Below, one piece after another: positions 35,309 through 43,319 of a stretch of 64,000 nucleotides of DNA (positions are counted from its first letter, which is position 1; each line of letters starts with the position of its first letter). The translations under genes were made by a program, and so were the position numbers. The notes under the pieces were generated by a model that was given only the letters and a program-made list of their open reading frames with translations, had not been told where the DNA came from and did no database searches. The DNA is from an uncultured SAR86 cluster bacterium. Its GTDB lineage: Bacteria; Pseudomonadota; Gammaproteobacteria; Magnimaribacterales; Magnimaribacteraceae. Location of the stretch: NCBI GenBank assembly GCA_902574355.1, contig CACGNN010000007.1:1721-65720 (forward strand), written 5' to 3'.

Positions 35309-36421
35309 CTATAGATTAGGCTTTATAAGATATTTTTCTCCGGTAGCTTGTTTTGTATAAGAAATAATACTTTCTCTACTCAGTGCTCCTTCTAAGGAAA
35401 TAATATTAGAGTATTTACTTTCAAAAGTAGTGTGAATTTCATCAGCTACTTTTTTGCGTAATTCTCCAAACTTTTCGGGCCCAATTCTGCCTATAAAAGG
35501 TGTGAGTAACCAACCGCCTAATCCCCAAGAAAACCCAAAAGAACGCGTAAGTGTAGTCGGATTTCTATCAAGTCCACCATATATATACACCTGTTTAAAT
35601 TTATCTGATCCATATCTGCTATATTCAGTTGCAGTTTTATTTGCAGCAACTTCCATCGCAGTTAATATTTGACTAGATAGTTTTCCACCTCCGGTCGCAT
35701 CAAAACCTAAAGTAGATCCTGACTGAACAAGAGCTTCCACAAGATCATCCATAAAGCTGTCCAAACTTGAATTGCAGATATAATTTGCTCCAAGGGATTT
35801 AAGCATATCCACATGTTCTTCTTTTCTAACTACATTCACCAAAGGAATATCTTCCGATAAGCAAATTTTGATTAACATTTGTCCTAAATTAGATGCTGCT
35901 GCTGTATGAACAAGGCCGGTATGATTCTCCATTCTCATAGTCTCTACCATCCCCAGAGCAGTTAATGGATTAACAAAACAAGATGCAGCTTGTTCTGGAG
36001 TAGTCCCGTCATTCATCTCCAAGCAACTTGCTGCTGGAACACATCTATATTCAGAATACATTGCGCCTCCAGCTAGACCTACAGTTTTTCCTATCAAATG
36101 TTCTGCCCCTTTACCTGCAGATTCAACTATTCCAGCGCCTTCATTACCAACAGGCAAGTTTTGATTAAATCTTGCTGCAACAGATCTAATTAATCCATCT
36201 GGAACTTTCATTTCTATCACTGAACCTTTTTCTACTTCTTTTAGTGAAGATACATCTGCTGGTCCAACCAAGAGACCAAGATCCGATGGATTTATTGGTG
36301 TTGCTAGAACTTTAATCAGCACCTCACCATCACCAGGCTCAGGCACATTTACTTCATCTAAAGATATAGTAAGCAAACCTTCCTTGGAGATTTTAGACTT
36401 GATTTGTTTGGATACTGTCAT
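35309..36421 (-). CDS. medium-chain dehydrogenase/reductase (quinone oxidoreductase-like)
   Basis: 370 aa. GroES-like N-domain (PGDGEVLIKVLATPINPSD) and a Rossmann domain (HTAAASNLGQM). Confidence 0.8.
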   Translation of the reverse strand: MTVSKQIKSKISKEGLLTISLDEVNVPEPGDGEVLIKVLATPINPSDLGLLVGPADVSSLKEVEKGSVIEMKVPDGLIRSVAARFNQNLPVGNEGAGIVESAGKGAEHLIGKTVGLAGGAMYSEYRCVPAASCLEMNDGTTPEQAASCFVNPLTALGMVETMRMENHTGLVHTAAASNLGQMLIKICLSEDIPLVNVVRKEEHVDMLKSLGANYICNSSLDSFMDDLVEALVQSGSTLGFDATGGGKLSSQILTAMEVAANKTATEYSRYGSDKFKQVYIYGGLDRNPTTLTRSFGFSWGLGGWLLTPFIGRIGPEKFGELRKKVADEIHTTFESKYSNIISLEGALSRESIISYTKQATGEKYLIKPNL

Positions 36422-36428
36422 GATTTAT

Positions 36429-37106
36429 TTAATTAAGGCTAGTAACTTGATAGCTTTCAACCAATTTTCCATATTTCTCTTCATCAAACCATTCCATTTG
36501 TTTCTCTTGCCATTCGGTATCACTCTCTAAAGATGAAAGAGACTTTGCTTGAGCTTCTTCTGAAGTTGATAACATAACAAATTGATAGTAATTTTTACTA
36601 CCCAATCCATGCTGCCATAGATCAATAAGAAAGCCATGTTTTTCAAAAATAGTTTTTGCCTCTTCTAGAGCCTCCAATGTTTCAGCTGCTTTACCTTTCT
36701 TTGGATCCCATATCCATACCTGAACTATGTAATCTCCGGGATCGATATCATCTAAGGAAGTCATTTGGTAACTTCTTACTGGTTCGAGGATTTCTTGGCT
36801 ATTAAATTTTTCGAGGTAAGGTGTCCAAGCTTCAGCAGTATATGCTTTAGCCCTATCTTCATATGTGTTGAAGAAGTCAACCCATAAGAACATTTTTTCT
36901 GCTCCTCTACCGATATTTTGTTGATGCACAATCACCAGTTGGTCATTTGCAAGACCAATATCTCTTCCTTCTCTCATCAATTCTGCAGCTTCGGTTAATT
37001 TGCCTGGTTTGGCTTTATAGAAATAAGCATCAGCATAACCAGCAGAATATGTAGTTGAAAGAAAACCTATGCATAAAACTGCAACATAATATTTTAGTGA
37101 CTTCAT
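36429..37106 (-). CDS. secreted protein with two tandem ~100-aa modules, function unknown
   Basis: Signal peptide MKSLKYYVAVLCIGFLSTTYSAG. Both halves end in SYQ(M/V)TSL and share a K-x-GK ... E pattern. Confidence 0.55.
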   Translation of the reverse strand: MKSLKYYVAVLCIGFLSTTYSAGYADAYFYKAKPGKLTEAAELMREGRDIGLANDQLVIVHQQNIGRGAEKMFLWVDFFNTYEDRAKAYTAEAWTPYLEKFNSQEILEPVRSYQMTSLDDIDPGDYIVQVWIWDPKKGKAAETLEALEEAKTIFEKHGFLIDLWQHGLGSKNYYQFVMLSTSEEAQAKSLSSLESDTEWQEKQMEWFDEEKYGKLVESYQVTSLN

Positions 37107-37224
37107 AAAAACTCCAATTTTTTTTCGATTATAAGATAACAGACAATGGTGTCTTCATGAAGTTTTTTAAAAGTCTTCTTTACACACAGCACCATGAGAG
37201 TAAGGTAACACGAGGAGAAAATTT

Positions 37225-37587
37225 ATGAAAAAAATAGTAACAATTCTAGTTTTATCATTACCGCTCACAATCTTTTCATCTACATTAGTAATTCTCGAAT
37301 GTGAATTAATAGAGAATGGAACAATGGAAGACGTGAAAAGAATTAATTCAGCATGGGTTAAGAGTGTAAATGAACTGAATGATAAACAGGTAAGTAGTCA
37401 AGTTTTGGAGGCAGTGTTGTCAGAAAATATGGAAGGTTTTATGTATATAGATACTTACGAAGATTCCATACATTGGGGACAAATTAGATATGAAATAAAA
37501 AATGGCTCTATCCAAGATATTGACGAACAATTTGATGCAGTTTCTAAGTGTACCGCAGGTAAAATGTATGAAGCTGAACAAAGCTAA
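37225..37587 (+). CDS. secreted single-module protein, related to the 36429 gene
   Basis: Signal peptide MKKIVTILVLSLPLTIFS. It shares the TYED motif (FMYIDTYED versus VDFFNTYED) with the divergent neighbour. Confidence 0.5.
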   Translation: MKKIVTILVLSLPLTIFSSTLVILECELIENGTMEDVKRINSAWVKSVNELNDKQVSSQVLEAVLSENMEGFMYIDTYEDSIHWGQIRYEIKNGSIQDIDEQFDAVSKCTAGKMYEAEQS

Positions 37588-37648
37588 TCATTCAAGACAT
37601 TACAGAGTTTAGCAGGTTCATATGTAGAATACATTCATAGATTTTATG

Positions 37649-37654
37649 TATAAT
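37649..37654 (+). promoter_or_regulatory. -10 box (TATAAT) for tRNA-Gly
   Basis: A perfect TATAAT ends 12 nt upstream of the mature tRNA 5' end. Confidence 0.4.
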
Positions 37655-37666
37655 GCATGCCCTTTT

Positions 37667-37742
37667 GCGGGTATCGTATAATGGCTTATTACCTCAGCCT
37701 TCCAAGCTGATGATGTCGGTTCGATTCCGACTACCCGCTCCA
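37667..37742 (+). tRNA. tRNA-Gly (anticodon UCC)
   Basis: Hand-folded. Acceptor GCGGGTA/TACCCGC, anticodon stem TCAGC/GCTGA with loop CTTCCAA, T-arm GTCGG-TTCGATT-CCGAC, encoded CCA. Confidence 0.95.
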
Positions 37743-37759
37743 ACTAAAGGTTTTATTAG

Positions 37760-38008
37760 ATGAATGTAACAATAGATATAAGTATGTATCCAAATAGGGA
37801 GGAATTTGTTGAACCAATAAAAGGATTTATTGAGATTATAAATACTTTCCCAGAAATAAAGATAAAGACTTTTCCAACCAGTACTGTCATCCAAGGAGAA
37901 TATGCCTACACAATGAAAGCTGCACAGGATGCGATATCTGAGGCTCATGTAAAATATGACAAAGCCGTTTACGTAATGAAAATAATACCAGGCTACGAAG
38001 CCTTATAG
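37760..38008 (+). CDS. MTH1187/YkoF-like (DUF77) small protein
   Basis: 82 aa. The pattern VTIDISMYP ... FPTSTVIQGEY ... AHVKYDKAVYVMKI matches the ferredoxin-like UPF0045/YkoF thiamine-binding family layout. Confidence 0.6.
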   Translation: MNVTIDISMYPNREEFVEPIKGFIEIINTFPEIKIKTFPTSTVIQGEYAYTMKAAQDAISEAHVKYDKAVYVMKIIPGYEAL

Positions 38009-38030
38009 AATTTCTTTGCTTTAAGTTCTT

Positions 38031-38450
38031 CTAGTTAGCAACTTGTTTAGGTTGAGTATTCCAAATATAAACTAAAGAGTAGAACCAAAATCCATTGAGT
38101 AAAGGTTCTACAATGGCATCCACAACAGCTTTGTCTAGAGCGAAACCAAGTAATAAGAAGCTCCAAGATGTAGCGATAGTAAAATGTCCAATCGTATAAA
38201 TAACAGCTAATGTGCTTGTCTTAAGTTTTTTGTGAGCATATTTGTGGAGAAGATAGAACCAAAATCCATTGATGATCGGTTCTAAGATAGCATCAGCAGA
38301 CGCAACTAGAAAGCTCGCATTAAATATTAAAGTAGCACAAACCCAAGCAATGAAGACATGTCCGACAGTGTACAAAATTGAAAGACCGAAGCTACTTAGC
38401 GAATGGATTAGTGAGTTAATCCTACTAACTTCTATTAAGAACCTATTCAA
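38031..38450 (-). CDS. membrane protein with two tandem DUF2061-like repeats
   Basis: 139 aa. YTVGHVFIAW ... ADAILEPIINGFWFYLLHKY is repeated as YTIGHFTIAT ... VDAIVEPLLNGFWFYSLVYI. Confidence 0.55.
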   Translation of the reverse strand: MNRFLIEVSRINSLIHSLSSFGLSILYTVGHVFIAWVCATLIFNASFLVASADAILEPIINGFWFYLLHKYAHKKLKTSTLAVIYTIGHFTIATSWSFLLLGFALDKAVVDAIVEPLLNGFWFYSLVYIWNTQPKQVAN

Positions 38451-38543
38451 AATTTATCCCTTTTTTGTTTATTGTTTACGATTAATTTAATTAATATAAC
38501 TCTAACAAGAATTAAAAAAATATCACTACCTACTTTAACCTTT

Positions 38544-39218
38544 TTACATGATTTGATTCCAAAGTTCCAATTCCTCAATTCTTAGGTAACTATTAATCTT
38601 CTTCACTTCTTGAAGAGTTGCATATTCTTTGGGACCATAATTATGTCCAGGGTAGATGATTGTTTCATCAGGAAGTTTAGAAAGTTTACGGAGACTATGG
38701 AACATATCTTCAGAGTTTGCACCAGGTAAATCAACCCTCCCACATCCTTGAACAAATAGGGTATCACCTGAGATAAGAGTATTATTTACTTTGAAGCACT
38801 GAGACCCAGGTGTATGTCCTGGAGTATGAATAAACTCTATATCATTATCTCCAATCTTAAAATGATCTCCTGAATCTACTATATTCATATCTATCTTAGA
38901 TAAACCAGTAACTTTTTTGAGGCCATCAACCTCATGTTTATTGACAAAAGTTTTTACAGGTTCTTTTTCTAATACTTCAGCAAGACCCTCAATTGAGTGT
39001 CCTCCCATACTTCCACCTACATGATCTGGGTGACAATGAGTTACTAAAACACACGAAAGTTTTAGATCTCTTGCTTGAATATGGTTAAGTAAACCTTCAA
39101 CATCCCAGGCAGGATCAATTAAAGCCACTTCTCGAGTTTTTTTGGAACCTAACAAATAAATAAAGTTTTCCATTGGACCTATAAGTATTTGCTCAATATA
39201 TAAATCATCATTAATCAT
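38544..39218 (-). CDS. metallo-beta-lactamase-fold hydrolase (glyoxalase II / persulfide dioxygenase-like)
   Basis: THCHPDHVGG (HxHxDH), HTPGHTPGS and PGHNYG. The Met at 39218 starts 1 nt after the upstream stop; the tracked start at 39248 would overlap the MFS gene. Confidence 0.85.
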   Translation of the reverse strand: MINDDLYIEQILIGPMENFIYLLGSKKTREVALIDPAWDVEGLLNHIQARDLKLSCVLVTHCHPDHVGGSMGGHSIEGLAEVLEKEPVKTFVNKHEVDGLKKVTGLSKIDMNIVDSGDHFKIGDNDIEFIHTPGHTPGSQCFKVNNTLISGDTLFVQGCGRVDLPGANSEDMFHSLRKLSKLPDETIIYPGHNYGPKEYATLQEVKKINSYLRIEELELWNQIM

Positions 39219-39219
39219 A

Positions 39220-40518
39220 TTAACTTTCCTCTTTAAAAGTTTCTTCAAGGACTATCTTATCCTCTTTGTACTTTATTCCTGCTAGATAATAACAAGGAAT
39301 GGATACAATACTAATGATTGAAAAAATTACCAGCATTAAAGTATAGGGCTCAGAGTAGCCAGAAGATCTGAGAATATCTGCACATAATCCTCCTCCTAGC
39401 GAGCCAATGGTTAATCCAATTAGATTTAGTGTAAGGATATAAAATGATACGACTGTTGCTTTAATATTATCAGGAACTAGTTCTTGTACGGTAGAAAAAG
39501 TAGGCCCGAAGAAACATCCTAATTGAAAATATCCTATGATGATTCCAATCCAAAATACTGAGGTTCCTGGTTCCACAAATCTGTAGAATATTCCAATAGG
39601 TAAAGTAAGTAGTGCTAGCCAGAATAAAAACATAGGTCGTCCTTGGTTGGTATTCTCTTGCCACCAATCACTCAATATTCCACCTATTAAATTTCCTGAT
39701 AGACCTGCAAATACACCTATCCAGCCAACAAGCTGAGCTATCTCAGATCTTTCATATCCTCTTTCCTGAACTAACCAAAGTTGTTCAAAACCGGAAGCTC
39801 CAAGCACTATATGATAAAAAACACCTGCTACTATTGTAAATCTTAAAGCAGATGAAGTTTTAAGAGCTTTTATTAGTGTCTTTACAATATTTGCAGTACT
39901 TTCCTTAGACAAAGTAGGGCTCTTATTATCCGGTGTATTACTTTGTCTTTTTCTATCTTTAAAGAGTAGTGCACATAGACCTAATATGAGTCCAATGCCA
40001 CCTAACATATAAAAACAATTTCTCCATCCTAAGGATTCACCAAGATAACCAGCAATTAAAAGACTTACCCCTACACCAATTGGGACACCCATATAATAAA
40101 ATCCTGCAGCAAAACCCATTTTTTTTGATGGAAATGAGTCTGATAAAAGAGACATAGATGTTGGAGTTAGAATTGACTCACCCACACCAATGAACATTCT
40201 TGGAAGTGCCATTGATACGAAACCTTTAGCTGCACCTGTGAGGGCAGTAAAAATACTCCATAAAACTACACCAAATGCTATGAGTTTTGGTCTATTCACC
40301 ATATCTGCAAGAACACCCATAAACAGACCTGCAATAGAATAAAAAACAATAAAAGGAACGGTTGTTAAGAATCCGTATTGTGTATCCGTGAGGCCCAAGT
40401 CAGGTACAATAAAATTAGCAAAGCTGGCAATAAGTTGTCGATCTACAAAATTAAGAAGATTGAGAAGTGTTAGGAAGAATAAAAGCCTATATGCGTTCAT
40501 AGGAACCCCTTTTTCCAA
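39220..40518 (-). CDS. major facilitator superfamily transporter
   Basis: 432 aa, 12 TM, MFS motif A (GVLADMVNRPK). Confidence 0.85.
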   Translation of the reverse strand: MEKGVPMNAYRLLFFLTLLNLLNFVDRQLIASFANFIVPDLGLTDTQYGFLTTVPFIVFYSIAGLFMGVLADMVNRPKLIAFGVVLWSIFTALTGAAKGFVSMALPRMFIGVGESILTPTSMSLLSDSFPSKKMGFAAGFYYMGVPIGVGVSLLIAGYLGESLGWRNCFYMLGGIGLILGLCALLFKDRKRQSNTPDNKSPTLSKESTANIVKTLIKALKTSSALRFTIVAGVFYHIVLGASGFEQLWLVQERGYERSEIAQLVGWIGVFAGLSGNLIGGILSDWWQENTNQGRPMFLFWLALLTLPIGIFYRFVEPGTSVFWIGIIIGYFQLGCFFGPTFSTVQELVPDNIKATVVSFYILTLNLIGLTIGSLGGGLCADILRSSGYSEPYTLMLVIFSIISIVSIPCYYLAGIKYKEDKIVLEETFKEES

Positions 40519-40606
40519 AGATCATATCATAGAGATTACATTTAATAATATTTGAAAAAATCTAATTCTAAGTGTTATAGTTAAGTAACACACTTGGGGT
40601 GTTTCA

Positions 40607-41203
40607 ATGAAAATAAAAAGAGATTGGTCAAATTCAGATATGAGGTCAGTAATGCGAGGAGAGGCCATGCATTATTTTTCAGGTGGCCAACATTATTATG
40701 TTTCAAAAGATTGGTATGTCTGGTTTCTGGGCAATTCCACAAGGTACTCTATTTTTCATACCTTCCTTTGGAAGTACGGAAATGGCGAAATGGTAAGTTA
40801 TACAGACTTAACTAGAACGGAAAAGATTGGATCTCAAAGACTAAAAATAGACTCTATCAAAGCTACAATAAGAGAGGGATTAAATCTAGGTTATATACAA
40901 GCATTTAAATCTGAAAAGGACAGAAGGGTAACTATGTACTCTTTCGACGATTCTATCTTACAAGAAGTAACAGATTATTGTTTTATGATGAGACGGAATC
41001 GTATGTGGGAGTCGGCATCATTTATCAGTCAAGGATCTACAGCAACTATCAATAAAGAACTTGCTAATGCAGGAATGAAAAAAGAGTGGTTTGATTCGAT
41101 AAACAGCTTCATTTCTCTTTTGGCTGGAACAGCTAAAGCTGTTTTTGGCCAGGAACAGCTTCCGAATGTAATTGCTATAGATAAAAATAAAAATAAAAGC
41201 TAA
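40607..41203 (+). CDS. hypothetical protein, possible MarR-like winged-helix regulator
   Basis: 198 aa. The central segment IKATIREGLNLGYIQAFKSEKDRRVTMYSF resembles the MarR recognition helix and wing (DRR motif). This is a weak call. Confidence 0.4.
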   Translation: MKIKRDWSNSDMRSVMRGEAMHYFSGGQHYYVSKDWYVWFLGNSTRYSIFHTFLWKYGNGEMVSYTDLTRTEKIGSQRLKIDSIKATIREGLNLGYIQAFKSEKDRRVTMYSFDDSILQEVTDYCFMMRRNRMWESASFISQGSTATINKELANAGMKKEWFDSINSFISLLAGTAKAVFGQEQLPNVIAIDKNKNKS

Positions 41204-41361
41204 GAAATTAGCTGTAACTTTTAGTCTTTATAAATCTTGTAGATATGCAAATTCTCTATAAATTACCCTTGTTACATGGATGTAACTTGAGTGGGCTCAT
41301 TTTCTAGATTTCACCCATCCCTTCCCAGGATATAGTCTTTATTTTGGGTCCACTTTTTTAA

Positions 41362-42159
41362 TTAAGAATTCTCATTGAACATAGCAGTTCTGCCGCCATC
41401 GACTACGATATCTTGGCAACTAACAAAACTTCCTGCATCACTAGCCAGATAGAGTGCAGCTTCTGCTATATCTGATGCTAGACCTGATCTTTTCAAAGGT
41501 ACTGCTTGAGCAAGGTTACCTTCGAGTTTTTTTAATTTTCTTTCATTCTCTTCAGCGCTGAGTGTATTAGACACTCCTGAACCACCCCAGAATATTGGAG
41601 TCGCAATAGCTCCAGGTGATATCGCATTTACTCTAATATTGTCTTTCCCAAGTTCAACTCCAGACATTTTTGTAAAATGAGTAACACCTGCTTTTAAAGC
41701 AGAATAAAGCGGATCCCCTTGTCTATATCTAATTCCCGCAATACTAGAATTATTGATAATGCAACCTCCACCATTTTTTCTCATGGGACCGATAGCGTAT
41801 CTGGTACCAAGAATGACGCTAGCCAGAAGCAAATGAACCCCATAATCAATATCCTTTTGAGTGACATTTTCAAGGCCAGCGCCAACAGGCCCACCAGCAT
41901 TATTAAATAGAATATCCAACTTACCTAAGTTATCAGTTGTAAAAGAAATTGCCTTTTTTATATCCTCTTCTTTTGTTATATCTGATAAGCAGTAAGAGGC
42001 ATTTTCACCCAATTCTTCTGCTAATTTTGATCCTTTTTCTTCAGACCTACCTGAAATAACAACTTGTGCACCTTCTTTAATAAACAATCTAGCTGTCTCT
42101 GCTCCAATGCCACTAGTTCCACCTGTAATAAGCGCTACTTTATTTTCTAGTCGAGACAT
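41362..42159 (-). CDS. SDR-family oxidoreductase
   Basis: TGGTSGIGAETA, NNAG, YSALKAG. Confidence 0.88.
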   Translation of the reverse strand: MSRLENKVALITGGTSGIGAETARLFIKEGAQVVISGRSEEKGSKLAEELGENASYCLSDITKEEDIKKAISFTTDNLGKLDILFNNAGGPVGAGLENVTQKDIDYGVHLLLASVILGTRYAIGPMRKNGGGCIINNSSIAGIRYRQGDPLYSALKAGVTHFTKMSGVELGKDNIRVNAISPGAIATPIFWGGSGVSNTLSAEENERKLKKLEGNLAQAVPLKRSGLASDIAEAALYLASDAGSFVSCQDIVVDGGRTAMFNENS

Positions 42160-42160
42160 A

Positions 42161-43288
42161 TTAATTTTCTCCTTTTAAACATCTATATGTTTCGTTTATG
42201 AGTTCTAGAGATCTTCCATCGGCTGCAAAATTATTTTTCATATTATTCATGACATAAGAAATTCCAATTTTGTTGATAGGATCTCCAAATCCACACGATC
42301 CCCCCCATCCAGAATGGCCAAAAGAACTTTCCTCTGGCCCATATATTACTTTATGCATATTCATAATAAATCCTGAACCCCATCTTGTAACAACATCTAA
42401 AACTAAATCTCTATTAGTAATTCTATCCTTTGTCATGGTTTCAATTGTTGCATCTTTAAGAATTTTTTTTGATTCTTCATCAGTAACAACTAAGCTATAA
42501 AGCTTAGCAATACCAGAAGCGCAACCCTGACCATTGGCCGACGGTATTTCTGCAGCTCTCCATTCTCTTGTATTTTGATGTTTAAGCAGATTAGGACCTC
42601 TTCCAGTTGCAATTTGAGCTTCATTCGGATGATTATTTGATTCATTATTCTCCTTTGCGAATGGAACCATTTCGGCGACTCTATATTCTTCTACTTCAGG
42701 AAGACCGATATAGAAATCAATATTTTTTGGATCACCTATCTCACTTCTAAAATAATTGCCTAAAGATTTTCCAGAGACTCTTAACATTAACTCAGACGTT
42801 AGCCATCCGTAAGTCATGGAATGATATCCTGAAGCTGTTCCTGGCTCCCAAAGTGGTTTCATTAGAGCAAGTTCATTAGCCATTATTTTTTGATCGTAAT
42901 AGTCTTCAGCTTTTGTTGCCATGGACCCACAAATACCAGCTTGATGAGATAGAAGCATACCTACAGTGATGTCTTCTTTTCCGTTGCAGCCAAACTCAGG
43001 CCAGTATTCACAAACTTTCTCCTCGTAATCTATTAAGTCATTTTCGTAGGCATGAGCTAGAGTTATAGCAGCAACACCTTTAGTGGTTGACCATACGTTA
43101 GCTAAGGTATTTTGTTCCCATTCCTTTTCTTTCTCTTTGCTTGAGAAGCCTCCCCATATATCAATTATTGGCTCCCCATCTTTATAAACTGCAAAAGAAG
43201 ATCCTATCTCTCTATCTGTGTTATGTAACTCATCAAACAATTCTTTTACTTTTAAAAATTTATCTTCACATGTTCCCTTTACGTTCAT
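42161..43288 (-). CDS. serine hydrolase, beta-lactamase/esterase (class C-like) family
   Basis: SxxK motif in VWSTTKGV. AAGGA lies 7 nt upstream of the second ATG (43288), which I prefer over the tracked 43315. Confidence 0.8.
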   Translation of the reverse strand: MNVKGTCEDKFLKVKELFDELHNTDREIGSSFAVYKDGEPIIDIWGGFSSKEKEKEWEQNTLANVWSTTKGVAAITLAHAYENDLIDYEEKVCEYWPEFGCNGKEDITVGMLLSHQAGICGSMATKAEDYYDQKIMANELALMKPLWEPGTASGYHSMTYGWLTSELMLRVSGKSLGNYFRSEIGDPKNIDFYIGLPEVEEYRVAEMVPFAKENNESNNHPNEAQIATGRGPNLLKHQNTREWRAAEIPSANGQGCASGIAKLYSLVVTDEESKKILKDATIETMTKDRITNRDLVLDVVTRWGSGFIMNMHKVIYGPEESSFGHSGWGGSCGFGDPINKIGISYVMNNMKNNFAADGRSLELINETYRCLKGEN

Positions 43289-43319
43289 TTTTTTCCTTTT
43301 ATTATTTAAAAACAATAAT

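Noticed and set aside
37157-37228. 23-codon upstream ORF ending in TTATGA, overlapping the start of the 37225 gene
   Set aside because: There is no Shine-Dalgarno sequence upstream of its ATG and the peptide is unremarkable. It is probably a chance ORF in the divergent promoter region.
31014-37742. Genomic island integrated at one of the three tRNA genes
   Set aside because: There is no integrase, recombinase or phage gene. I noticed no direct repeat of any tRNA 3' end downstream. The flanking genes (csrA, pcs, SDR, queF) look like core chromosome.
37694-37948. Tracked 84-aa minus-strand ORF
   Set aside because: It overlaps the 3' half of tRNA-Gly(UCC) and lies antisense to the better-supported DUF77-like gene at 37760..38008. 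Its composition is implausible (Y/I/F/C-rich).
40594-40815. Tracked 73-aa + strand ORF in an alternative frame
   Set aside because: It is almost entirely overlapped by the longer 198-aa ORF (40607..41203), which has a better Shine-Dalgarno spacing. Alternative-frame ORFs at 50007..50258 and 50637..50870 inside the transporter gene were rejected for the same reason.
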